From an uncultured Candidatus Binatia bacterium (GTDB lineage Bacteria; Desulfobacterota; Binatia; HRBIN30; CADEER01), in assembly GCA_965216585.1 (NCBI GenBank), contig CBDCGC010000002.1, positions 483,160 to 547,159 on the forward strand: DNA of 64,000 bases, in the 5' to 3' direction. Position 1 is the stretch's first letter; the number at the start of each line of letters is the position of its first letter. The position numbers and the translations under genes were made by a program. Below are positions 31,809 to 46,216 of the stretch, in pieces. The notes under the pieces were generated by a model. That model saw only the letters and a list, made by a program, of their open reading frames with translations, was not told where the DNA came from and made no database searches.

Positions 31809-32630
31809 ATGCATTGCATGCGCGACCCGCGGCTCTACCAGATCGCCACCTTGCTCACGCTCATCGGCTTCGGCTCGCTGGTGGTCGGGCTCGGCGTTCG
31901 ACCGGCCAACGCCGCCGCCATCGTCGCCGCCGGTCTGCTGACACAGTGGGCGGCGGTGCGCCTGCTCGATCTGCGCTTCGACCCACTGAGCCCGCTGATT
32001 ACCTGCTTGTCGCTGACTCTGCTGCTGCGCACCGACGCCGCCTGGATCGCCGCCCTGGCGGCGGTGATCGCCATCGCTTCGAAGTTCCTGCTGCGATGGG
32101 ACGGCCGCCACTTCTTCAATCCGGCCAACCTCGGCATCGCCGCCGTACTCCTGTTGAGCGATGACGCCTGGGTTTCGGCCGGTCAGTGGGGCAGCACGGC
32201 CTTCTTCGGCTTTGCCGTGCTCTGCCTCGGCACCTTCGTCGTCACCCGCGCATTGCGCGCCGACGTGACTCTGGCCTTTCTCGGCGCCTACGCGGCGATG
32301 TTGACGGCGCGTGCTTTGTGGCTGGGCGACCCACTGGCGATTCCCGCCCATCACCTGCAGAACGGCGCCTTGCTGGTCTTTGCCTTCTTCATGATCTCGG
32401 ATCCGAAGACGACACCGAGCTCGTCGCCGGCGCGCGTCCTCTACGCCATCGTCGTCGCCGCCGGGGCGATGGCCGTCCACTTCGTTCTCTACCGGCCCAA
32501 CGGCCTGATCTGGTCGCTGGTCTGCAGCGCACCGCTGGTGCCGCTCTTCAATCGACTCTTTCCCGATCGGCACTACGTCTGGCCTGGCCTGGCGTTGCCC
32601 CTACAGCCCGCAACGAGGAGTGAAGCATGA
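31809..32630 (+). CDS. Polytopic integral membrane protein (hypothetical)
   Basis: 273 aa, ~7 hydrophobic helices, HFFNPANLGIAAVLL. Family not recognised. 4-bp overlap with the next gene. Confidence 0.45.
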   Translation: MHCMRDPRLYQIATLLTLIGFGSLVVGLGVRPANAAAIVAAGLLTQWAAVRLLDLRFDPLSPLITCLSLTLLLRTDAAWIAALAAVIAIASKFLLRWDGRHFFNPANLGIAAVLLLSDDAWVSAGQWGSTAFFGFAVLCLGTFVVTRALRADVTLAFLGAYAAMLTARALWLGDPLAIPAHHLQNGALLVFAFFMISDPKTTPSSSPARVLYAIVVAAGAMAVHFVLYRPNGLIWSLVCSAPLVPLFNRLFPDRHYVWPGLALPLQPATRSEA

Positions 32631-33982
32631 AACGCACATCCATCCCGACCGTCTGTCTGGCAGTCTTGGTCCTGTTGGCGCCACTGCGCGCCGCTGCCTT
32701 CTGCGGATTCTATGTCGCCAAAGCAGATACCAAGCTCTTCAACGAAGCGTCCAAGGTCGTCATCGCGCGCCACGACGACAAGACGGTCCTGACCATGGTC
32801 AACGACTACCGCGGCGATCCGAAAGAGTTTGCCATGGTGGTGCCGGTGCCTACCTTCATCGAGCGCGGTCAGATCCACGTCGGCAACAAGGCGACGGTCG
32901 ATCACCTCGACGCCTACACGGCGCCGCGCCTGGTCGAGTACTTCGACGGCGATCCCTGCCAGCGCATCGACTACATGAGAATGGAGAGTATGGCCGGAGC
33001 GCCGATGGCCGACGCCGCGGCGAGCAAGCGCTCGCGCGCTCTCGGCGTCACCATCGAGGCCGAGTACACCGTCGGCGAGTACGACATCGTCATTCTCTCG
33101 GCCGAGCAGAGCGACGGCCTCGAAACCTGGTTGCGCGAAAGCGGCTACAAGATTCCCAGCGGCGCTTCAAAGGTTCTCGCCTCGTATATCAAGCAGAAGA
33201 TGAGGTTTTTCGTGGCCAAGGTGAATCTCGAAGAAAAGGCCAAGCTCGGCGGCACCTTCCTGCGGCCGCTGCAGGTGGCCTACGAGACGCCGAAGTTCAT
33301 GCTGCCGATTCGCCTCGGCACGGTGAACGCCGACGGACCGCAGGAGCTCTTCGTCTTCGTGCTGACCCGCAAGGGCAGGGTGGAGACGACCAACTACCGC
33401 ACCGTCAAGCTGCCGACCGGGTTGGACGTTCCGCTCTACGTCAAGCGCGAGTTCGGCGATTTCTACCGCGCCCTCTTCGACCATCAAGTCGACAAAGAGG
33501 ACATGCGCGTCGTCTTTCTCGAGTACGCCTGGAACATGGGTTGGTGCGACCCATGTGCCGCCGACCCGCTGTCGAGCCAGGAGCTGCGCGAGCTCGGCGT
33601 CTTCTGGACTGGTGGCGGCGGTGGCGACGTCGTACCGATGCCGCGACGGCCGCCGCCGCGTGGCGGCGCCCAGCAGGTGTACGTCACGCGCCTGCACGTG
33701 CGCTACGATGCCGAGCACTTTCCCGACGATCTGGTGTTCCAGGAAACCGGCGACAGCTCCAACTTCCAGGGGCGCTACGTGCTGCGCCACCCGTGGAAGG
33801 GCGAGGCCCGATGTGACGAAGCGGGGAGCTACTGGCGCGGCGTGCGCAAGCGGCAGGAAAAGGAGGCCGAGACCCTCGCCTCGCTGACCGGCTGGGACAT
33901 CGGCGACATCCGCGGCAAGATCTCCTTCGTGTCGGCCGAGAAGCCGCCGATTCGCAAGTGGTGGGAGGGGCTGTGGGATTGA
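32627..33982 (+). CDS. Secreted protein, possibly DUF2330-like (hypothetical)
   Basis: 451 aa. Signal peptide, then AFCGFYVAKADTKLF... Family guess is from memory only. Confidence 0.4.
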   Translation: MKRTSIPTVCLAVLVLLAPLRAAAFCGFYVAKADTKLFNEASKVVIARHDDKTVLTMVNDYRGDPKEFAMVVPVPTFIERGQIHVGNKATVDHLDAYTAPRLVEYFDGDPCQRIDYMRMESMAGAPMADAAASKRSRALGVTIEAEYTVGEYDIVILSAEQSDGLETWLRESGYKIPSGASKVLASYIKQKMRFFVAKVNLEEKAKLGGTFLRPLQVAYETPKFMLPIRLGTVNADGPQELFVFVLTRKGRVETTNYRTVKLPTGLDVPLYVKREFGDFYRALFDHQVDKEDMRVVFLEYAWNMGWCDPCAADPLSSQELRELGVFWTGGGGGDVVPMPRRPPPRGGAQQVYVTRLHVRYDAEHFPDDLVFQETGDSSNFQGRYVLRHPWKGEARCDEAGSYWRGVRKRQEKEAETLASLTGWDIGDIRGKISFVSAEKPPIRKWWEGLWD

Positions 33983-34066
33983 TCGCGATTGCTTCGCCGC
34001 GGGCAGAGCTTTTGTGAGCAGAGTTTTTGTGATTGACGTGATTCGGCTTCACCCGTACCGTGTCGC

Positions 34067-35509
34067 ATGTTCGTTCGCGTTTTGGCGCCGCTGCGCCGTT
34101 GGGTCGGCTGCGTGCTGTACGCGGCGGCGCTGCTTTCCCTGCTGGCTCCGGCACACCTGGTGCAATCAGCTCTGGCGGTTTCCCCGGTACCACTGGCGCG
34201 CCATAGCGGCGCTCGCTTCGACGGGCGAGCGCTGTCGATGGGTCTGACGCCGGCCGCCAGCGCGGTTCGGCGCCACCTCGGTCGCGCGAGTGACGGCAGG
34301 GCGATGAGCGTCGCCACATCGTCGGCGACGGCGCATCCATTGGCGTCGCCGATCTTTTTTCGCCAAGCCAGCGAATACCGTCTCGAGGACGACGTCGTCG
34401 CCGAATACGAGCTGGTGATCGGCCACAGTGGCGGTCGCGTCTGGATCGAATCGATCGACCGTTTCCCCGAAGCGACGGTCGGCAGCGAGGGGCTGCTGGC
34501 TCGGCTCGCTGGCGTCGAGATCCGCCGCACCATCGAGTTTGAAATGACCGGCTTCGAGTGGATGATCGAACGCGTCGTCGCGGCGGCGAACACCGACGCG
34601 AATCGTCACGCCGTGCTGGCGGCCATGCTCGAGGCGGGCGAGATCACCCACGGCGAGCTGCGCGACAGCGTTACCATCACCGAAGCTGACGGCGCCTCGA
34701 TCGTCATGCCGTCGGCGGATTTTTCGCTCGCTTCCTTCTTCGCCGGCCAAGGTAGCGGAGCGATTTCGGGCTGCGTCGTCGATTGTTTCGCCGAGATCGG
34801 TACGGCAATCACGGTTTTCGGCGCTCTGTGTTTGATCGCCGGCGCCGCCGTCTGCGGCGTCGCCTGTGCCGTTTCCGCCGGCGTTGCCTGTATTCCCTGC
34901 ATCAGTGGCGCCAGCCTCGCCTGCGGGCTTGGCGCCGCCGTCGGCTCGGTTGGCACCTGTCTCGCCTTCTGCATTTTCGGCGTCCGCCCGCCACCGACAC
35001 CGACGCGGCGTCCCTCGACGCGGACGCCAACACCGAATCGGGGAATCGCTTATACGGTCATCCCCGAATCTACCTCAATTGCAGTGGGTGAGGATTTTGA
35101 AGTTTCCTGGTCGGCTTCAGGTGCGCACTCCAACCGGGATTGGATCGCTCTCTATACGCCGAGCGCAGACAACCGTACCTTTATGGACTGGTCGTACATC
35201 TCGAGCGCAACCTCGGGGACGATCACGCTGACCGCACCGACCGACCCCGGCAGCTACGAGCTTCGCTTGCTCTTGGACAATGGATACCTGGAACCACTGC
35301 AACCAGCCCGCACGACGATTGTAGTGGAAGACCTCGAGCCGGGTGATTGCGACGGCGATTCGCGCATCACCATCAGTGAGTTGATCTTTGGTATCGGCAT
35401 TGCTCTCGGCCGCAACGATCTCTCGAATTGTCGGGACTTCGACGGCAACGGCAACGGCCGCGTCGACATCGCCGAGCTCATCCGCGCCGTGCGCGCGGCC
35501 TTGGGATAG
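34067..35509 (+). CDS. Secreted/membrane protein with Cys/Gly-rich segment, PT linker and C-terminal dockerin-like repeat pair (hypothetical)
   Basis: 480 aa. C-terminal GDCDGDSRITISELIFGIGIALG...DFDGNGNGRVDIAELIRAVRAALG. Confidence 0.5.
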   Translation: MFVRVLAPLRRWVGCVLYAAALLSLLAPAHLVQSALAVSPVPLARHSGARFDGRALSMGLTPAASAVRRHLGRASDGRAMSVATSSATAHPLASPIFFRQASEYRLEDDVVAEYELVIGHSGGRVWIESIDRFPEATVGSEGLLARLAGVEIRRTIEFEMTGFEWMIERVVAAANTDANRHAVLAAMLEAGEITHGELRDSVTITEADGASIVMPSADFSLASFFAGQGSGAISGCVVDCFAEIGTAITVFGALCLIAGAAVCGVACAVSAGVACIPCISGASLACGLGAAVGSVGTCLAFCIFGVRPPPTPTRRPSTRTPTPNRGIAYTVIPESTSIAVGEDFEVSWSASGAHSNRDWIALYTPSADNRTFMDWSYISSATSGTITLTAPTDPGSYELRLLLDNGYLEPLQPARTTIVVEDLEPGDCDGDSRITISELIFGIGIALGRNDLSNCRDFDGNGNGRVDIAELIRAVRAALG

Positions 35510-35521
35510 CAGGGAAAAGGC

Positions 35522-36322
35522 TCAGCGGCCGATGAACACCGGTGGGCGTTTGTCGAGGATCGAGCGGATCCCTTCGCGAGCGTCCTCGGTGGCAAAGGTG
35601 ACACGCTGCTGCGTCGACTCGAGCTCGAGCGCCTGTTCGAGGGTACCGTCCGAGCTCTCCCGCATCGCGCGCTTGGCCAGGCGCACGGCGATGGGACCGG
35701 CGGTGGCGATCTCCGTGGCGGTGTGCCGCGCTAGCGCGGCGAGATCTTCGCGTTGCACGACACGGTTGACGACACCCATGCGAAGAGCTTCGTCGGCATC
35801 GATCACCCGACCAGTGTAGATCAGCTCGCTGGCCTGCGCCGAGCCGATCAAGCGCGGCAGCAGGTAGGTCGAACCCATACCCGGATGGATGCCGAGGCGG
35901 GTGAAGGTCATTCCCACCTTCGCCTCGCGCGCTGCAATGCGCATGTCGCAACCGAGCGCGAAACACAGACCGGCACCGATGGCGTGCCCGTTGATGACGG
36001 CGATCGAGGGCATCTTCAGCTTCCGCACCGACAGGAATTTGGCGTAGAAGGCGGCGCCGTCATCGCCCAGGCGCGGGCCGTCGTCGTCCCTCATGCCGGC
36101 GTCACGGGCGAGCATCGTCAGGTCGCCGCCGGCGCTGAACGAACGGCCGGCACCGGTGACGAGAACGATGCGCACACCGTCGTCGGCATTGAGCTCACCG
36201 ACGGCGCTGACGATTTCGTCGCCCATGTCCGGGGTCATGGCGTTGCGGCTGTCGGGGTCGTTGAGGAGAAGTGTGGCGACGCCGTCGTCCTCCACCGTCA
36301 CTGTGATCTTGGCGTAGGTCAT
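35522..36322 (-). CDS. Enoyl-CoA hydratase/isomerase (crotonase family)
   Basis: 266 aa. VLVTGAGRSFSAGGDL oxyanion-hole motif. Confidence 0.85.
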   Translation of the reverse strand: MTYAKITVTVEDDGVATLLLNDPDSRNAMTPDMGDEIVSAVGELNADDGVRIVLVTGAGRSFSAGGDLTMLARDAGMRDDDGPRLGDDGAAFYAKFLSVRKLKMPSIAVINGHAIGAGLCFALGCDMRIAAREAKVGMTFTRLGIHPGMGSTYLLPRLIGSAQASELIYTGRVIDADEALRMGVVNRVVQREDLAALARHTATEIATAGPIAVRLAKRAMRESSDGTLEQALELESTQQRVTFATEDAREGIRSILDKRPPVFIGR

Positions 36323-36465
36323 GCGTCGGCAATAGCAGGGCGCCGGCGCCGATGCGCGCCCAGGCGTCTATTGCCGCGCCAGCCGGGAGCACGTATGGGA
36401 TGTGGGTTCGCTCGCGGCGTCGCACGCAGCATCCGGCGCCCGTCCATAGTGAAAGGATTGGTTGA

Positions 36466-37410
<945 letters not shown>

Positions 37411-37444
37411 CGGCCGGCGCCGAGCACGGGGCCACGGAGAGACG

Positions 37445-38605
<1,161 letters not shown>

Positions 38606-38741
38606 CGCAGCGGCCGCCAGGTCATTCGAGGAGGAGACCTCAGAACGGCCTCGCGGAGCGACACCACCCCCTTGCCTTTGCCTGCGCCTCAGCCTACGAG
38701 CGGACTCGTCCTCAGGAGCCTTGGCGAAGGGGGAGCGAGTC

Positions 38742-39611
38742 TCAAATGTCGCGGCGCACAAAAACGTCGCCGCCACCGCAGTTGGCGGCGACCCTCTCCT
38801 CGCTGCCGCCGCGGTAGAGGTCGATCTGCAGCAGCGGGCGGTCTTGGTTGACCGCCAGGCGCGTCATCGCGACGCTGACTTCATCGCGCGGGGCGTGCAG
38901 GAAAAAGGTTGCCGGCGCTTGGCAGTTGAGCCGCTCGCTCCCTTCGGATTGCAGGCAGGTACTGCGAAAGCTGACGTGGCGGTCGCCGAGCGTCGCCAGG
39001 AAAACGGCGCCGACTTCGTCGAACGGGGCAGGGGAGGTGGTGAGGTCCTGGCATTCGAAGGCCGATGGACAGGCGGTGCCCTCGGCGAACGAACAAACCT
39101 CGACGCGAAACTCGTCGGCGGGTTGGGCGGCGACGCTGGTGCCGGCTTGCTCGGCGGCATCGTCGTAGGTCGAGAACGAACGGCAGGCGCCGGCTGGGAT
39201 GGTGAGCGTTTGCAGCGTCGTTCCGAAACGGGCCAGGCCGAGGATGCGGACGATGGTCAGCGGCGAGGTCGCGCTCAAGTTGCGAAAGACGCCGCGCGTC
39301 GGCTGGCGCTCGTTCTCGAGGACGAAGTAGTGCGGCGCGCGAAAGGTGCGTCCGGCAAAGGTATGCGTGGCGTCGGCGGATTGCAGGCCGAAACCGGCGC
39401 TGGGGATCAATTCGACGCCATCGCCGGGCTCGAGGTTGCGCGGCTCGGCGAAGCAATCACTGGAATCGGCGGCCGAAGTCACCTCGAAAGGGGTGCCGCT
39501 CGGGCCCTGGACGAAATAGACGATTTCGACCGGCCGAGAATCGACCGGATCGGGTCCGCACGACAGCAAGAACGGCAGCAGAGAGAACAGAATCCCAGAT
39601 CGGTATCTCAT
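38742..39611 (-). CDS. Lipoprotein (hypothetical)
   Basis: 289 aa. Signal peptide plus lipobox LLSCG. Cys-containing, no recognised domain. Confidence 0.45.
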   Translation of the reverse strand: MRYRSGILFSLLPFLLSCGPDPVDSRPVEIVYFVQGPSGTPFEVTSAADSSDCFAEPRNLEPGDGVELIPSAGFGLQSADATHTFAGRTFRAPHYFVLENERQPTRGVFRNLSATSPLTIVRILGLARFGTTLQTLTIPAGACRSFSTYDDAAEQAGTSVAAQPADEFRVEVCSFAEGTACPSAFECQDLTTSPAPFDEVGAVFLATLGDRHVSFRSTCLQSEGSERLNCQAPATFFLHAPRDEVSVAMTRLAVNQDRPLLQIDLYRGGSEERVAANCGGGDVFVRRDI

Positions 39612-39681
39612 CGGCGGGAGATTCGCAGGATTGCCGCGGTGAGTCGAGAGTGGGTATGGAGTTGCGCGCCGCGGTGCTAGT

Positions 39682-40062
39682 GTGCGCCGAGGGATGACGC
39701 GCGACCGCTTCGAGGAGTTGGTACGGGAGGCCGTAGGGGAATTGCCTGAGCGTCACCGCCGGTGTCTGGCCAACGTCGTCTTCGTCGTCGAGGACGAGCC
39801 GAGCCCGCAGGACGTGCGCGCCGCCGGCCTGGATTCGCGGCGCGACTCGCTCTTCGGTTTGTTCGAGGGCACGCCGCTCAGCGAACGCACCTCGGCGATG
39901 GCAGATGAGCCGGCGAGGATCGTGCTTTTCTACCGGCCGCTGGTGCGCGCCATGCGGACGCCGTGGGCGATTCGCCGCGAAATCCGCAACACCGTCATTC
40001 ACGAGGTTGCACACTTCTTCGGCCTCGACGAAGAGGAAGTCGCCCGCGAGGGCTATGCCTGA
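39682..40062 (+). CDS. Zincin-like metallopeptidase family protein (DUF1025-like)
   Basis: 126 aa with HEVAHFFGL (HExxH) near the C-terminus. Confidence 0.45.
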   Translation: MRRGMTRDRFEELVREAVGELPERHRRCLANVVFVVEDEPSPQDVRAAGLDSRRDSLFGLFEGTPLSERTSAMADEPARIVLFYRPLVRAMRTPWAIRREIRNTVIHEVAHFFGLDEEEVAREGYA

Positions 40063-40700
40063 TGCCGACCCCGCGACGAGAGCGCGTCCGCCTGTGTTTC
40101 GGCGGCACCGAAGTGGCGCTGCTGTGCGTCGCCGATCTGCAACCGTTCGTCGACGCCGAAGAATTGCTGGCGACGGCGGCTGGCGGTGAGCCGCCGTACT
40201 GGATGCACTTGTGGCCGGGCGCTCGGGCGCTGGCGCGAGTCGTCGCCGCCGACCAGGCGATCGCCGGCGCTCGCGTGCTCGAGCTGGGCTGTGGCCTCGC
40301 CCTGCCTTCGCTGGTGGCGGCGCGCCGGGGGGCGAGGATCGTCGCGACCGACCGCGAGCTCGAACCGCTGCGTTTTGCCGCCGACAGCGCCGCCCTCAAC
40401 GACTGCCGCCTCGCACTCGTCCAGATGGACTGGCGGGCGCCGTGCGCCGGCGGTTTCGACCTCGTTCTCGGTGCCGACATCGGCTATGACGCCGATGCCG
40501 AGGAGCCCTTGGTCGCGGCGCTGGTGTCGCTGTGTCGGCCGGGTGGGCGTGTCGTGTTGGCGGATTCGGTGAACACCTACCGGAGCTCCTGTGCCGCTCG
40601 GATGGCGGCGGCCGGATTCTCGCTGCACGAGGAGACGACGGCGGAGGAGGAAGAGGGGCGCACCGTGTGGGTGCGCATCCTGAAGGGAGAGCGGCGTTGA
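40062..40700 (+). CDS. Class I SAM-dependent methyltransferase
   Basis: Start MPTPRRER, overlapping the previous stop (TGATG). SAM motif I VLELGCGLALPSL and motif post-I IVATDRE. Confidence 0.6.
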   Translation: MPTPRRERVRLCFGGTEVALLCVADLQPFVDAEELLATAAGGEPPYWMHLWPGARALARVVAADQAIAGARVLELGCGLALPSLVAARRGARIVATDRELEPLRFAADSAALNDCRLALVQMDWRAPCAGGFDLVLGADIGYDADAEEPLVAALVSLCRPGGRVVLADSVNTYRSSCAARMAAAGFSLHEETTAEEEEGRTVWVRILKGERR

Positions 40701-41440
40701 ACGAACGGGCGAAGCGCAACCATCACCAGCACGGGTATCTCGTCTTCGACATCGAAACGCAGATCGACAAGGCACTGGTCCGCGACGTCTTCCATCCCGC
40801 GGCGGCGAACGCCGAGCAGGCCTTCGAGATGATGCGCGTCGAGATCGATGGCGGATTTCCACCGCTGACCGTGCATACTCCGGTGTCGATCGCCCTCGGC
40901 TGGGTCTCACCGGGACGGGTGCTCGAGCGCATGGAGGTGTTGCGCGCCGATGCGACCAGCGAGGCGGAGATGGTCGCCGAGTTCTGGCGCAAGATCGAGC
41001 CGTTCAAGGGCGTCCTCATCACCTTCAGCGGCCGCATCTTCGACCTGCCGGTATTGGAGCTGCGAGCATTGCGCTACGGCCTGTCCCTGCCGTGGTACTT
41101 TGGCGGCAAGGCGCCGTTGCGCGGTCGCGGCGAACGCCACGACGATCTCTACGACGCACTCTCCAACCGCGGCGTGGCGCGCCTGCGCGGTGGCCTGGAT
41201 CTCGTCTCGCGCCTGGTCGGCTTGCCTGGCAAGGGCGCGGTGTCGGGCGGCGACGTGCAAGAGCTGTGGGAGCGCGGCGACTATGAGACCGTTCATCGCT
41301 ACTGCCGCCGCGACGTCATCCAAACCTACTTTCTCTTTCTCCACGTCGAGAGATTGCGCGGGCGCATCGATGGCGACGAATTGCGGCGTGTCGAGGAGGC
41401 CTGCGCCTCGTTTCGCCGAGAGCTCGACGAGGACGGTTGA
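40697..41440 (+). CDS. Predicted RNase H-like 3'-5' exonuclease (PolB-exo-related)
   Basis: YLVFDIETQ (Exo I DxE) and HRYCRRDVIQTYFLF (Exo III YxxxD). Start inferred as TTG at 40697; the longer ORF from 40532 overlaps the methyltransferase. Confidence 0.4.
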   Translation: MNERAKRNHHQHGYLVFDIETQIDKALVRDVFHPAAANAEQAFEMMRVEIDGGFPPLTVHTPVSIALGWVSPGRVLERMEVLRADATSEAEMVAEFWRKIEPFKGVLITFSGRIFDLPVLELRALRYGLSLPWYFGGKAPLRGRGERHDDLYDALSNRGVARLRGGLDLVSRLVGLPGKGAVSGGDVQELWERGDYETVHRYCRRDVIQTYFLFLHVERLRGRIDGDELRRVEEACASFRRELDEDG

Positions 41441-41443
41441 GGC

Positions 41444-43444
<2,001 letters not shown>

Positions 43445-43495
43445 AGCGCGAACCGCGCCGTCGTTCGATGGCGGGCGCTGCAAAACGATCGCAGA

Positions 43496-45979
43496 ATGGT
43501 GCAGGGTGAGCGGGTGACACGTATTCGCGGTACCGTCTTCCTCTTCTGCTCCGGCCTGGTCACCCTCGTCTACGAGGTTCTGTGGCTGCGCCAGCTCGGT
43601 CATCTCTTCGGCGTCAGCGCCCACGCGACGGCGACCTGCCTGGCCGTCTTCTTCTCCGGTATGGCGCTCGGCCAGGCGATCGCGGCGCGCCGTTGCGCCG
43701 CGCTGGCGTCGCCGCTGCGCACCTACGGGCTGCTCGAAATCGCCGCCGCAGCGGCGGCCTTGCTGGCGCTCTACTTGCCCGACATCTACCGCGCTCTCTA
43801 CGTCCTGCCGGCCGGCGACACCGGTTTCGGCGCCCACGCCACCCGCATCGCTCTGGCGGCCGTCGTCTTGCTGCCGCCGGCGGCGCTGCTCGGTGCGACC
43901 TTGCCGGTGATGGTGGAAGCGGAGACCCGCCACCTCGGCAACGCCCGCTTGCGCGCCACCGCGCTCTACTTCGCCAACACCGCCGGTGGCGTCGCCGGCG
44001 CTTGCCTGGCCGCCTTCTGGCTGGTGCCGGCGCTCGGCTACTACGCCTCCTACCTGGTCGCCGTCATCGCCGGTGCGTCGATCGGCGCCGCCGCCCTGGC
44101 CAGCGCCGGGCAGGCGCCGGCGGCCAAGCCAGTTGGCGCGGCACTGGCGCCGCCGCCGGCATCCCTGCGCTTGTCCGCCGTCGCCTTCGTCTCCGGCGCC
44201 CTCGCCCTGGCGATGGAGGTGATCTGGACGCGCATGCTGGCGCAGGTACTGCACAACTCGGTCTTCTCCTTCGCCGCCGTGCTCGCCGTGTTGCTGCTGG
44301 CTCTGAGCCTCGGCGCCGGCATCGTTCACCTGGCGCTGCGGCGCTGGCCGGCACCGCCGGCCGGCATCCTCGCCGGCCTCTTCGCCGCCGCCGCCGTCGC
44401 CTGCGCCGCCTCGGCGCTGGTCTTTCAGGCGCAGACCGACGGCCTGGCCTATCTGGGTGGCGACGCCGACTGGGCGTCGTACATGGTCGACGTCTTCAGC
44501 CTTGCCGCCGCCGTGATGTTGGTGCCGGGAGCGTTGCTCGGCGCCATCTTGCCGTACGCCGTGGCGCTGCTGGCGGGCGGCGACGCCATGCCCGGCCTGC
44601 GCGTCGGCCGCCTGATCGCCAGCAACACCGCCGGCTCGGTGATCGGCTCGCTGCTCGCCGGCTTCGCACTCCTGCCGGCATTGGACCTGTGGCCCGCCTT
44701 GCTCGCCGTCGCCGCTCTCTACGCCATCGGCGCCGCGCTGTTCACACCGCGACCGGCCGGCGTCGCCGCCGCCGTCGTCGCTCTCTTCCTCCTCTTTGTT
44801 CCGCTCGACCCGCGCGGTCTGCGCCGCGTCGACTTCGACCCGCACGGTGAGACGGTTCTCGAAGTCGTCGACTCGGCGGCCGGCACGGTTGCCGTCGTCC
44901 AGCGCGGCGACGTCGTCGCCCTGCGGCTCAACAACAGCTACACCGTCGGCACCAACGCCAACATCGTCAACGACCGGCGCAAGGCCGATCTACCCCTTCT
45001 CCTGCACCGGCGACCGCGCTCGGTCTTCTTCCTCGGCATGGGTGCCGGCATCACCGCGGCGGCCGCCCTCGACCACCCGCTGAGCAGCATCACGACTTGC
45101 GAGCTGGTACCGGAGATTGCCCGTCTCGCCGCTAAATATCTGCCCGAACAAAGCGGGCGACTGAGCAGCGATCCGCGCTCGCGCGTCGTCGCCGGCGACG
45201 GCCGCCACTATCTGGCGCGCAGCCGCGAGCGCTTCGACGTCATCATCGCCGACCTCTTCGTTCCCTGGCACAGCGGCGCCGGCGCTCTCTACTCGATCGA
45301 GCACTTCGCCAACGTCCGCCAGCGGCTCGGCGACGGCGGCCTCTTCGCCCAGTGGTTGCCGCTCTACCAGATGTCGCGGCAGGAGTTGGAGATCATCGCC
45401 CGTACCATGCTCGAGGTCTTCCCGCGCGTCACCCTGTGGCGCGGCGACCTGCTGCCGCGCTCGCCGGCCATCGCCCTGATCGGCCATGCCGGCGACCAGC
45501 CCCTCGATCTCCGCGACGTCCGCCGCAACGTCCGCCGCCGCATCGGCGAGCACGGCGCCGACGCCGCCGTCACCGACGCCCTGGCGCTGCTCTTCTACGC
45601 CGGCAACCTCAGCCAGGCGCGCCAGCTCTTCGCCGCCGCACCGATCAACAGCGACGATCGCCCGATCATCGAGCACGGCGCGCCGATCACCCAACGGCGC
45701 GTCAAAGCCGGGCAGGGCGCCTGGCTGACCTCGCTCGAGCTGCTGCGCTTCTACGCCGAGCTCGCCGCCGCCGTGCCGCCCGAGCGCGACGCCTTCCTAC
45801 ACAATCTCGACCATCGTCAGATCGAGTATCCGAAAGCGGGGAGGGACCTCTACGCAGCCTCCGTTCACCGCGACACCGGCGATTTTCGCCAGGCCGAGAT
45901 TGCGCTGGAGGCCTTTCGCCAGCGCGTGCCTGCGGAAGTGGTCGAGATCTTTGCCCAGCGAATCCCGTCGATAAAATAG
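43496..45979 (+). CDS. Fused multi-pass membrane domain / spermidine-synthase-like (PABS) protein with C-terminal extension
   Basis: 827 aa. N-terminal ~12 TM helices, then PABS-like core (TCELVPEIARLA...FDVIIADLFVPW) and an ~200-aa C-terminal helical region. Confidence 0.65.
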   Translation: MVQGERVTRIRGTVFLFCSGLVTLVYEVLWLRQLGHLFGVSAHATATCLAVFFSGMALGQAIAARRCAALASPLRTYGLLEIAAAAAALLALYLPDIYRALYVLPAGDTGFGAHATRIALAAVVLLPPAALLGATLPVMVEAETRHLGNARLRATALYFANTAGGVAGACLAAFWLVPALGYYASYLVAVIAGASIGAAALASAGQAPAAKPVGAALAPPPASLRLSAVAFVSGALALAMEVIWTRMLAQVLHNSVFSFAAVLAVLLLALSLGAGIVHLALRRWPAPPAGILAGLFAAAAVACAASALVFQAQTDGLAYLGGDADWASYMVDVFSLAAAVMLVPGALLGAILPYAVALLAGGDAMPGLRVGRLIASNTAGSVIGSLLAGFALLPALDLWPALLAVAALYAIGAALFTPRPAGVAAAVVALFLLFVPLDPRGLRRVDFDPHGETVLEVVDSAAGTVAVVQRGDVVALRLNNSYTVGTNANIVNDRRKADLPLLLHRRPRSVFFLGMGAGITAAAALDHPLSSITTCELVPEIARLAAKYLPEQSGRLSSDPRSRVVAGDGRHYLARSRERFDVIIADLFVPWHSGAGALYSIEHFANVRQRLGDGGLFAQWLPLYQMSRQELEIIARTMLEVFPRVTLWRGDLLPRSPAIALIGHAGDQPLDLRDVRRNVRRRIGEHGADAAVTDALALLFYAGNLSQARQLFAAAPINSDDRPIIEHGAPITQRRVKAGQGAWLTSLELLRFYAELAAAVPPERDAFLHNLDHRQIEYPKAGRDLYAASVHRDTGDFRQAEIALEAFRQRVPAEVVEIFAQRIPSIK

Positions 45980-46216
45980 CACATTGTTTTGTTCAAATGG
46001 TGAGCACTTAGCCCGATAGGGTCCATCATATGACTTGTCCGCAGCTCAACGTTTCCATTGACACTACGCGCCCGACGGGTTCTAAATGGGGAACGTAATC
46101 AAGAAGAGTAGACTGGTCGCGAGCGGTGTATCTCGCACCGGTGTACTGGGGAATCGATGGGGAACTCGATGATGATCAAGGTTTGTAGACCACCGCGCCC
46201 GGCTGCCCGCAAAACC

